DNA of 18,898 nucleotides from Armatimonadota bacterium (lineage in GTDB: Bacteria; Armatimonadota; Zipacnadia; Zipacnadales; UBA5352), in assembly GCA_034722055.1 (NCBI GenBank), contig JAYENL010000303.1:1-18898 (forward strand), given 5' to 3'. Position 1 is the first letter of the stretch, and each line of letters begins with the position of its first letter. Below, piece by piece: positions 1-7,052 of this stretch. A program made the position numbers and the translations under genes. The notes beneath the pieces are model-generated. The model was given only the letters and a program-made list of their open reading frames with translations, was not told the DNA's origin and made no database searches.

Positions 1-2
1 CC

Positions 3-893
3 TTCGACTCCCAGAACCTGGCGTTCTGGGACTCGTTCCGCGGGGAGTACCGGGCCTACATGCGCGACTTCCGCGACGGCATCCGGGACATCAAGACCGC
101 CACCTCGCCGGACTTCATCCACTGGAGCGAGCCGCAGTGGCTGCAGTATCCCGGTGCCCCCGACGAGGCCCTCTACACCAACCAGGTGCGGCCCTACTAC
201 CGCGCGCCGCACACCCTCATCGGGCTGCCCGCCCGCTACACCGAGCGAGGCTGGTCGCCGTCGATGGAGGCGCTGCCGGAGCCGGAGCACCGCCGGCTGC
301 GCTCTGACGCCGGCGACCGCTTCGGAATGGCGATTACCGACAGCCTCCTGATGACCAGCCGCGACGGCCGGACCTTCCACCGCTGGGGCGAGGCCTTCCT
401 GCGGCCGGGCATCCAGCGGCCTGGCGCCTGGGCATACGGCGACCACTACCTGCAGTGGGGGCTGGTGGAGACGGCCAGCGACCTTCCGGGAGCGCCGAAC
501 GAGCTGTCGCTGTACTCCGTGGAGGGGTACTGGACCGGCACCACCAGCTCGCTGCGGCGCTACACGCTCCGCATCGACGGCTTCGTCTCGCTGCATGCGC
601 CGCTGTCGGGCGGTGAGATGGTCACCAAGCCGCTCGTCTTCGACGGCGAGCGCCTCGTCCTCAACTTCTCGACCTCGGCCGCGGGGGACATCCGGGTAGG
701 GCTCCAGGACCCGAGCGGCCAGCCCATCGAGGGCTTCGCGCTGGAGGACTGTGACGAGGTCTTCGGCGACGAGATCGAGCGGGCCGTGACCTGGCGCGGG
801 GGAGAGAGCGATGTGAGCGCGCTGGCCGGGCAGCCGGTTCGGCTGCGCTTCGTGCTGCGGGACGCGGACCTCTACAGCCTGCGGTTCGCGTAG
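3..893 (+). CDS. 5'-truncated putative glycoside hydrolase-like protein (five-bladed beta-propeller-type blades plus C-terminal beta-sandwich)
   Basis: The frame is open from nt 3 (FDSQNLAFWDSFRGEYRAYMR...) to TAG at 891-893 with strong GC3 bias. It has Asp-box-like repeats (TSPDFIHWS, TSRDGRTFHR) and a C-terminal LRIDGFVSL...LYSLRF module resembling uncharacterised GH32/GH43-like propeller proteins. Confidence 0.75.
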   Translation, partial: FDSQNLAFWDSFRGEYRAYMRDFRDGIRDIKTATSPDFIHWSEPQWLQYPGAPDEALYTNQVRPYYRAPHTLIGLPARYTERGWSPSMEALPEPEHRRLRSDAGDRFGMAITDSLLMTSRDGRTFHRWGEAFLRPGIQRPGAWAYGDHYLQWGLVETASDLPGAPNELSLYSVEGYWTGTTSSLRRYTLRIDGFVSLHAPLSGGEMVTKPLVFDGERLVLNFSTSAAGDIRVGLQDPSGQPIEGFALEDCDEVFGDEIERAVTWRGGESDVSALAGQPVRLRFVLRDADLYSLRFA

Positions 894-913
894 AGGTGAC
901 AGACGTCCTTTCG

Positions 914-994
914 GTGGCACGGACACTCCTGTCCGTGCGTCGTTGCGCTTTGCTCTTACCCGCAAACGACCGACGGGCAGGAGTGCCCGTCGCA
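914..994. repeat. Inverted pair of REP-like palindromes (REPIN-like element)
   Basis: GTG-GCACGGACA-ctcc-TGTCCGTGC (914-938) and CGACGGGCA-ggag-TGCCCGTCG (971-992) are each a perfect 9-bp stem with complementary loops, in inverted orientation. The spacer arms gtcgttgcg and cgcaaacgac also pair. Confidence 0.75.
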
Positions 995-1084
995 GGGGAC
1001 GACCGGCGACAACGACTGGGCGCGAGCGTAGTCGCGCGCGTCCGAACGACTACACAACGACTGCCGCTCCCAGGGAGGCGCATC

Positions 1085-1408
1085 ATGCGCACGTTCCATC
1101 ACATCGGACTGCCGACCGACGAGCCGAAAGAGGGCGAATGGTACGTGGAGGAGACGAAGGTGTGGGTGACCGACCCCGAGGATCATCCCTACATGGTGGA
1201 GTTCCTGCGCTATGAGGAGGACAGCCCGGTCACCGGCCCGCTGCGCGACAGGCCGCACGTCTGCTTCGAGACCGACGACTACGAGCGGGACATCGAGGGC
1301 TGCGATGTCATCCTGGGCCCTTTCCGCCCGGATGACACGCGCACCGTCGTATTCGTGATGAAGGACGGGTGTGTGTTTGAGTACATGCAGTACGACGAGC
1401 CCCGATAG
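1085..1408 (+). CDS. VOC/glyoxalase-fold small protein
   Basis: GGGAGG SD precedes ATG 1085. Motifs FHHIG, VEFL, PHVCFETDD and FEYMQ give the H/E/H/E pattern of vicinal-oxygen-chelate proteins. The upstream extension in the ORF track runs through repeat DNA. Confidence 0.8.
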   Translation: MRTFHHIGLPTDEPKEGEWYVEETKVWVTDPEDHPYMVEFLRYEEDSPVTGPLRDRPHVCFETDDYERDIEGCDVILGPFRPDDTRTVVFVMKDGCVFEYMQYDEPR

Positions 1409-1418
1409 CGGGGCTCGT

Positions 1419-1448
1419 CGAGCGACAAGCTACAAGCGGCAAGCTAAC
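1419..1448 (+). repeat. Left heptamer tandem array (AGCNNCA)x4
   Basis: agcgaca-agctaca-agcggca-agctaac starting at 1421, 12 nt after the VOC stop codon. Confidence 0.9.
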
Positions 1449-1473
1449 GACAGTGACGACAGGGGGACCGGCC

Positions 1474-1850
1474 GTGAATCAGGGAAAGACAGTTTCCGTG
1501 ACCTCACAGTGTGGCAGAGGGCAGTCGATGTAGCTGGCGACGTGTACCGGCTTACGGAGACTTATCCGAAGCGGGAGACGTACGGCCTCACCTCCCAGAT
1601 GAGGCGGTGCGCGGCGTCCATCCCTGCGAATATAGCTGAGGGGCGAGGTCGGCACGGCGATGGGGACTTCCTTCGCTTCCTCTACATAGCAGCCGGGAGC
1701 CTCGCAGAGCTTGAGACTTTTGTCGAGCTGTCCCGCCGACTTGACTATGCGACGAACGATGAGTTGGCGCCTCTTGAACGAAGCGTGGAGGAGGTTGGGA
1801 GGATGCTGCAAGGCCTCATCTGCACCGTGCGCGAGGCGGTGAAGAAGTGA
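1474..1850 (+). CDS. Four helix bundle protein (23S_rRNA_IVP / TIGR02436 family, Avd-like); start uncertain, possibly made by -1 frameshift
   Basis: Family signature SFRDLTVWQ...YPKRETYGLTSQMRRCAASIPANIAEG...FLRFLYIAAGSLAELET; stop TGA at 1848-1850. GC is about 55-60% in sampled lines, with A/T-ending codons unlike the neighbours. Candidate starts are GTG 1474 (good SD, out of frame), GTG 1371 (in frame, inside the upstream gene) and GTG 1509 (no SD). Confidence 0.9.
1482..1488 (+). promoter_or_regulatory. Candidate -1 ribosomal frameshift slippery heptamer G_GGA_AAG
   Basis: The frame from GTG 1474 reads GTG AAT CAG GGA AAG. A -1 slip gives GGG AAA GAC AGT TTC CGT GAC CTC (GKDSFRDL), the four-helix-bundle frame. 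The unshifted frame stops at TAG 1531-1533. Confidence 0.45.
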
Positions 1851-1879
1851 GGCGATACGACGGCGCAGGGCGGTTCGCC

Positions 1880-1914
1880 GTAAGCTTGTAGCTTGCGGCT
1901 TGAGGCTTGCAGCT
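1880..1914 (-). repeat. Middle heptamer tandem array (TGNNGCT)x5, inverted relative to the left array
   Basis: gtaagct-tgtagct-tgcggct-tgaggct-tgcagct, about 30 nt after the four-helix-bundle stop codon. Confidence 0.9.
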
Positions 1915-1923
1915 CACGCACTA

Positions 1924-2139
1924 ATGTCCTGGGAAAAGCTACCACGCACTCCCCACTACGGCAACGTCTACCGGGCCCGGGTCCCCGGCGGCTGGCTGGT
2001 GCTGGCGGACACCTGGGCGCGGCATGAGGATGTGGAGAAGGGGATGCACTACGACTCCACCGGGGTGGGCATCTGCTTCTACCCGGATCCGAACCATGAG
2101 TGGACCCTCGCTGACGATGAGGAGTCCGGCAGCGGGTGA
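1924..2139 (+). CDS. Small hypothetical protein (71 aa) with RARVPGGWLV and FYPDPNHEW motifs
   Basis: ATG 1924 to TGA 2137-2139 with GC3-biased codons. The aromatic-rich, globular-looking sequence has motifs I recall from small uncharacterised bacterial proteins. No clear SD. Confidence 0.7.
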   Translation: MSWEKLPRTPHYGNVYRARVPGGWLVLADTWARHEDVEKGMHYDSTGVGICFYPDPNHEWTLADDEESGSG

Positions 2140-2185
2140 GCAGATGGCGCCATGCCCTGCGCCCTCCTCCGCCGTCGTCGTTGCC

Positions 2186-2292
2186 GGTAGCTCGTCGCTC
2201 GTAGCTCGCAGTTGCCGTGCCGCCGTCGCCGTGGCTTGCAGCTTGTCGCTTGTAGCTTGTAGCTTGTCGCTCGTAGCTTGCAGCTTGCACAT
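2186..2292 (-). repeat. Right heptamer arrays: (YGNNGCT)x4 at 2186-2213 and x8-9 at 2230-2292
   Basis: ggtagct-cgtcgct-cgtagct-cgcagtt, then cgtggct-tgcagct-tgtcgct-tgtagct-tgtagct-tgtcgct-cgtagct-tgcagct-tgcacat, ending just before the SD of the SDR gene. Confidence 0.9.
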
Positions 2293-2310
2293 CCCAAGGA
2301 GTGATCGCGC

Positions 2311-3081
2311 ATGTCAATCGAGGGCAATGTCGTCATTGTCACAGGCGGGACCTCGGGCATCGGGGAGGGCTGCACCCGGCACTTCGCTGCGCAGGGCGCG
2401 AAGGTCGTCGCCTCGTCGATTCAGCGCCAGGCGGGCGAGGCGCTGCAGGAGGAGCTGCGGGCGGAGGGCCGCGATGTGACCTTCGTCTACTGCGACATGC
2501 GACACGAGAACGAGGTCGCGGCGCTGGTGGACGAGACGCTGGAGCTGCACGGGCGCATCGACGGCGCCATGTCCAACGCCGGCGTGTGGGTGGAGGGCAC
2601 GGTGGAGGAGTTCAGCGATGAGGCCTGGGACCAGGTGATGGGCGTGAACGTCCGCGGCAACTTCCACTTCGCCAAGCACCTGGTTCCGGTCTACCGCGAC
2701 CAGGGCGAGGGAGTGCTGGTCATCGTGACCTCCACCGCGGCCTTCGTGGGCTTCCCCGCGCACGCCCTCTACTGCGCGTCGAAGGCTGCGCTGGAGGCGC
2801 TGATCCGCTGCCTGACCACCGACCACGCCGGCTACATGCGCACGGTCGGCATCTGCCCGGGCACCATCGACACGCCCATGCTGGCCGCCAGTGCCGAGGG
2901 CTTCCCCCAGCCCATCGATGAGCTCTACGCCGAGGTCGCGGAGAAGATCCCGGTGCGGCGCCTCGGCCAGCCGGAGGACGTTGCCAAGGCGGCGGCCTTC
3001 CTGCTCAGCGAGGACGCCGGTTACATCGCCGGCAGCTCCGTCCTCCTGGAGGGCGGGACGCTGGCCCTGCCGCCGTGGTGA
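2311..3081 (+). CDS. Short-chain dehydrogenase/reductase (SDR family NAD(P)-dependent oxidoreductase)
   Basis: TGGTSGIG (TGxxxGIG), SNAG, catalytic YCASK (YxxxK) and PGTIDT motifs; AAGGAG SD at 2296-2301. Confidence 0.95.
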   Translation: MSIEGNVVIVTGGTSGIGEGCTRHFAAQGAKVVASSIQRQAGEALQEELRAEGRDVTFVYCDMRHENEVAALVDETLELHGRIDGAMSNAGVWVEGTVEEFSDEAWDQVMGVNVRGNFHFAKHLVPVYRDQGEGVLVIVTSTAAFVGFPAHALYCASKAALEALIRCLTTDHAGYMRTVGICPGTIDTPMLAASAEGFPQPIDELYAEVAEKIPVRRLGQPEDVAKAAAFLLSEDAGYIAGSSVLLEGGTLALPPW

Positions 3082-3136
3082 CGCCGTGCCGACGGCGGCC
3101 CGCCAGGTCCGGCGCACGCGCGGCATGATGACCGTC

Positions 3137-3167
3137 GTCGGCGGCCGGGCAGGAGCCGGCCGCCGGC
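3137..3167. terminator. Strong intergenic hairpin (possible terminator or degenerate REP-like unit)
   Basis: gtcggcggccgg-gcaggag-ccggccgccggc is a 12-bp stem with one G-U pair. There is no U-tract. The loop region resembles the gggcaggag core of the 971-992 palindrome. Confidence 0.35.
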
Positions 3168-3200
3168 GCCGACTGACTGCTCTGTCCCGGGTGGTGCACC

Positions 3201-6200
3201 ATGCGACGAGCGCTCCTGATCCTCGCAGTCCTGACATCACCGGCCGCGATGGTGGGGGCTGATGAGACCATGCGACTGGATTTCGACGCCGAGCCGGGCT
3301 TCGAGCCCCAGCCCTCCTGGGTGCCGACCCCGTCGGACGGTGCCACGGTGACGGTCGCTGACGGCGTGGCCCGCTTCGTGGTGCCCGAGCCGGAGATGGG
3401 CATGAAGTGGAGGCTGGCTCTCGACCGCCCTGCGGACATCGGGCTGTATCCGTGGCTGGTCATCCGCTACCGGGCGGATCACTACGCGGTGGATCGAGCG
3501 GACTACCTGGTGTGGCTGAACACCGACGCTGCCGGCGACGGCATTCGGCTGTTCCGCGGCGAGATCGAGGCGGACGGTACCTGGCACACCGTGGCCGTGA
3601 ACGTCCTGGAGGTCGGCGAGGGCTCGACGGCCTATCAGCTCGCCGTGCAGGTGCAGTCCACCGCTCAGGGCGACGGCTGGCTGGAGATCGATTCCATCGC
3701 GCTGGTGGATGCGCCGCCTGAGGACGCCACCGTGCACGAGCCGGAGCTGGGGCCCGATCGTGTGTGGGAGGTGCCGCTGGATGCCCCTGCTGACTTCACC
3801 CCGGAGCCGGACTGGCTGAGCAACCCGGCGGAGGATCATGCAGTAGAACGGACGGAGCAGGGCCTGCGCTTCTCGGTGGCGGAGGCCGGCCGCGGCATGA
3901 AGTGGTCGTTCGACCCGCCGGAGCCGGTGGAGGGCGCCCGCTGGCTGGCGGTCCGCTACCGGGCCGAGGGCGTGCAGCGCCGCCAGGATTACTTCGTCTA
4001 CGTGGCTAACGCCGGCGGGGGCAGCGCGCCGGATGAGCAGTACTGCCTGAGCCTCAATGACATCCGATCCACGGGCTCCTGGCAGGTGGCCGTCGGGCAG
4101 GTGGGGGTGAAGACCATCCGTGCCATGGCGCTGCAGGTACAGGCCGAGGCCCCGGAGGCCTCCGTGGAGGTGGCCTCGATGCGCCTGAGCCGCCATCGGC
4201 CGCCGCGGCTGGTCGCCGACACGCTGGAGATCGGCGCGGCTGAGGGGGACTTCCGGGCCCTGGCGCTGCCGGAGGGCGAGCGGAGCGTGGAAGAGATCTG
4301 CCGGCTGCTGGGCTACGACGACGCCCTGCCCGCGGGGCCGCTGAGCGTTGAGGGCGTGTCCTTCGATGTGCCTGCCCAGCCGCCGATGACGCAGATGGTT
4401 GGCGATGACGCGCTCTCCGTGCCGGTCGGCGAGCGGGCGTCGGAGGTCTACCTGCTGCTGGGGCTGCGGGCGCCGCGCGTCGAGGAGGAGTCCTACGGCG
4501 GTGGGGCCCTGAGCACCGTGACGCAGCCGCACCGCCTCCAGGTTCAGCTGGAGTATGGCGATGGGCGTCCCGACGCTGTCTTCCCGGTCTCGGTGCACAG
4601 CGGCGAGTTCGAGATCGAGCGCGGGCTGGGCGTGTACCTGCTGGCGCCGGATGTGACGCGCCTGTTGGAGCGCGTGGTCGTGCGGGACACCATGGATCGC
4701 GGCTCGCTGGCGGTGCTGGGGGCGACGGTGATGGCGGCGGGTGAGGCCCGGCGCTCGGAGCTGCATCCACGCCGCGCCGCGCCCATGCCCGTTCCGGCGG
4801 TCCGCGACGTCCCCGCGGGCGCGCCGGAGATCACCGTGGCCGGCGACCGCGTGCTGGTGGCCGGGCCTCGGCTGCAGGTGGAGCTGGACGCCGCCCGGCA
4901 GATGGCGGTGACGCTGCTGGGCAGCGACTTCATCGCGGGAGGCCCCTTCGACGTCGAGCCCAGGCCGCTCTTCGCGCTGGTTGTGGATGACGAGGAGGTC
5001 GCGGCGGAGGCGCTGGAGCGCCGCTCCTGCCAGGTCGATGACGCCGGAGTGCTGCGCGCCGAGTACATCTGCGCCGAGCCGCCGGTGACCGTCCTGGTGA
5101 CGCTGCAGCCCCGGGAGGACGGATCGATCGTCATCGGCCTGTCCGCGCGCAACGACGGCGGGCAGAGCACAGACATGGAGCTGCACGGCCCGCGCATCGG
5201 CGCTGTCCAGCCGCGGGACGAAGATGAGAGCCTCGCCTACATGTTCCCGTGCTGCGGCGCCGCCATCTCAGACGAGCCCGTCGGGCTGGCCGCGCCCTAC
5301 GGAGGCGGCTTCCCGCTGCAGGTGATGTGCCTGCACGTGCCTGACGGCGGCGGGCTGTTGCTCATGACGCGCGACAGCGACGCCCGGCTGTATCGCTGGC
5401 ACGAGCTGACCAAGCGCGACGGCGCGGTCTCGCTGGCGATCCGCTACCTGCAGCAACCGGTCGCGCCGGGCGAGGCCTTCGAGGCCGTTCCGACCCAGCT
5501 CGCCGGACACCCCGGCGACTGGCACGGCGCGCTGGAGCACTACCGCCAGTGGCTTGCCACGTGGTATGAGCCCGCGACGCCGCGGAAGCAGTGGTTCCGG
5601 GAGGTCTTCAACTTCCGCCAGCAGTTCCTGCGCTTCACGCTGCCCCGCAGGAGCGGGCTGTTCGATCCTGAGACGCAGATCTTCCACTTCGACGAGGTTC
5701 TGGCCCACGACGCGGAGATGTTCGGGGGCATCGACTACCTGCACACCTTCGACTGGGGCTGGTCGGAGGAGTACGGGCGCTGCGGCGATTACGATCACTG
5801 GGAGCAGCTCGGCGGGCTGGCGAACTTCCGCGAGGCGGTGCAGGGCGTGCAGCAGTCCGGCATTCCCGTGGGGCTGTATATCGAGGGGATGCTGGTCAGC
5901 CCCCAGGCGCAGATCGCCGAGCGCGCGAAGCGGTGGGAGATGCGCATGGAGAACGGCGAGCCGAACCCCTCCTTCGCGCCCAGCATGAACATGTGCTCGA
6001 GCCACCCCGGATGGCGGGAGTACCTGGCGGGCGTCTACCAGCGCGTGCAGTGGGAGGTGGGCAACCGGGGCTTCTACATCGACCAGTACGGCTTCGCCAA
6101 CGCCCGGAAGATCTGCTGGCGTGAGGACCATCCACACCCGATTCCTGCCGGGCCCACCTGGGGGGAGCTGCAGACCACGCGGGCGGTGCGTGACGCCATC

Positions 6201-6809
6201 GAGCCGACCACCGCGCTCTACACCGAGGAGACCCCCTGCGATGTGACCTCCCAGTATCAGGATGGCAGCTTCACGTACACCATCTCGCGCGCGCAGGACC
6301 GCCTCTCGCCCAGCCACCTGAACCTCTTCCGGTTCGCCATCCCGGACTTCAAGACCATCGAGATCATCGTCTGCGACCGGCCGCTGGGAACGAACGCCGA
6401 GGCCGTCATGCGCGTCTTCTTCAATGGCGAGGCCATCTGGCTGGAGGGCATTCCGGAGGACTGGTTCGGCCCCCGCGTGCTGGCGCTGATCGCGAAGACT
6501 CATCGGATCCTGCGCGAGAATCGCGACGCCTTCACGTCCCTAGACGTCACGCCTCTGGTGCCGACGCTGGCCGGTGAGCTCTACGCCAACGAGTTCCGCT
6601 GCGAGCGGGGAGCCGTCTGGACGCTCTACAACACGGCGCACCTCAGCTACGATGGCCCGGTGCTGCGCGTCGAGCACGTGCCCGGCGCGCGATACGCGGA
6701 CCTGTGGGGCGGCGAGGCGCTGGAGCCGCAGATCCGGGACGGCCAGGCCGTCATCAGCACGCGCCTGGGGCCGCGGGAGGTCGGCTGCGTGGCGCAGTGG
6801 GTGCGCTGA
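3201..6809 (+). CDS. Large secreted modular glycoside hydrolase-like protein (two N-terminal CBM-like repeats; C-terminal DUF6259-like TIM-barrel domain)
   Basis: 1202-aa ORF with signal peptide MRRALLILAVLTSPAAMVGA. It has duplicated ~145-aa N-terminal modules and a C-terminal region with GDWH...YRQW, VGLYIEG, GFYIDQYG and LYTEE motifs. Confidence 0.75.
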   Translation: MRRALLILAVLTSPAAMVGADETMRLDFDAEPGFEPQPSWVPTPSDGATVTVADGVARFVVPEPEMGMKWRLALDRPADIGLYPWLVIRYRADHYAVDRADYLVWLNTDAAGDGIRLFRGEIEADGTWHTVAVNVLEVGEGSTAYQLAVQVQSTAQGDGWLEIDSIALVDAPPEDATVHEPELGPDRVWEVPLDAPADFTPEPDWLSNPAEDHAVERTEQGLRFSVAEAGRGMKWSFDPPEPVEGARWLAVRYRAEGVQRRQDYFVYVANAGGGSAPDEQYCLSLNDIRSTGSWQVAVGQVGVKTIRAMALQVQAEAPEASVEVASMRLSRHRPPRLVADTLEIGAAEGDFRALALPEGERSVEEICRLLGYDDALPAGPLSVEGVSFDVPAQPPMTQMVGDDALSVPVGERASEVYLLLGLRAPRVEEESYGGGALSTVTQPHRLQVQLEYGDGRPDAVFPVSVHSGEFEIERGLGVYLLAPDVTRLLERVVVRDTMDRGSLAVLGATVMAAGEARRSELHPRRAAPMPVPAVRDVPAGAPEITVAGDRVLVAGPRLQVELDAARQMAVTLLGSDFIAGGPFDVEPRPLFALVVDDEEVAAEALERRSCQVDDAGVLRAEYICAEPPVTVLVTLQPREDGSIVIGLSARNDGGQSTDMELHGPRIGAVQPRDEDESLAYMFPCCGAAISDEPVGLAAPYGGGFPLQVMCLHVPDGGGLLLMTRDSDARLYRWHELTKRDGAVSLAIRYLQQPVAPGEAFEAVPTQLAGHPGDWHGALEHYRQWLATWYEPATPRKQWFREVFNFRQQFLRFTLPRRSGLFDPETQIFHFDEVLAHDAEMFGGIDYLHTFDWGWSEEYGRCGDYDHWEQLGGLANFREAVQGVQQSGIPVGLYIEGMLVSPQAQIAERAKRWEMRMENGEPNPSFAPSMNMCSSHPGWREYLAGVYQRVQWEVGNRGFYIDQYGFANARKICWREDHPHPIPAGPTWGELQTTRAVRDAIEPTTALYTEETPCDVTSQYQDGSFTYTISRAQDRLSPSHLNLFRFAIPDFKTIEIIVCDRPLGTNAEAVMRVFFNGEAIWLEGIPEDWFGPRVLALIAKTHRILRENRDAFTSLDVTPLVPTLAGELYANEFRCERGAVWTLYNTAHLSYDGPVLRVEHVPGARYADLWGGEALEPQIRDGQAVISTRLGPREVGCVAQWVR

Positions 6810-6870
6810 GAGAGCGGAGGAGCGCGGCGTGCCCACGCCGCCTGCGCGTTGCCTCCATGCCGTCAGGATC

Positions 6871-6890
6871 GGCGGGCTTCCTTGCCCGCC
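6871..6890. terminator. Hairpin between convergent genes (possible bidirectional terminator or REP-like unit)
   Basis: ggcgggc-ttcctt-gcccgcc is a perfect 7-bp GC stem in the 6810-7052 convergent intergenic gap. Confidence 0.4.
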
Positions 6891-6982
6891 CGGCCGTTGT
6901 CGTCGGCAGGGCCGGTCGTTCCGTTCGCGACGTGCTCCCGTTCGCGGCCGGCGGTTTGCCGTTCGGCATCGGGGGCAAGGCG

Positions 6983-7013
6983 AACGACGTACGCACAAGA
7001 GTGTGTGTGCCAC
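6983..7013 (-). repeat. Dispersed copy of the REP-like palindrome family
   Basis: aacgacgtacgcacaagagtgtgtgtgccac aligns ungapped with the reverse complement of 914-944 (aacgacgcacggacaggagtgtccgtgccac) at 26/31 positions. Confidence 0.75.
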
Positions 7014-7052
7014 GGAACGACGGCGCTTGTCGTGCCGTTTGGGAGGACGGAA

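Noticed and set aside
896..1084. N-terminal extensions from the ORF track (896, 8474, 9574, 9785, 12672, 18880)
   Set aside because: They run through repeat or intergenic DNA or overlap neighbours. Downstream ATGs (1085, 8441, 9472, 9809, 12711) have clear SD sequences, and 18733 precedes a signal-like hydrophobic stretch.
1474..1850. Gene as part of a 23S rRNA intervening sequence or a ribosomal protein
   Set aside because: The flanks are protein-coding genes with no rRNA sequence; the family name is historical.
1419..2292. Repeat arrays as a CRISPR array or a DGR
   Set aside because: The units are 7-bp tandem repeats with no unique spacers and there are no cas genes. Despite the Avd-like protein, I see no reverse transcriptase and no TR/VR pair differing at adenines.
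1745..2479. ORFs with KLQATSD / ATSYKRQ / VACSLSL peptide repeats (1745..2317-, 1939..2292-, 2079..2375-, 2024..2479+)
   Set aside because: The 7-aa periodicity is just the translation of three 7-bp DNA repeats. These ORFs overlap better-supported genes and show no other coding signal.
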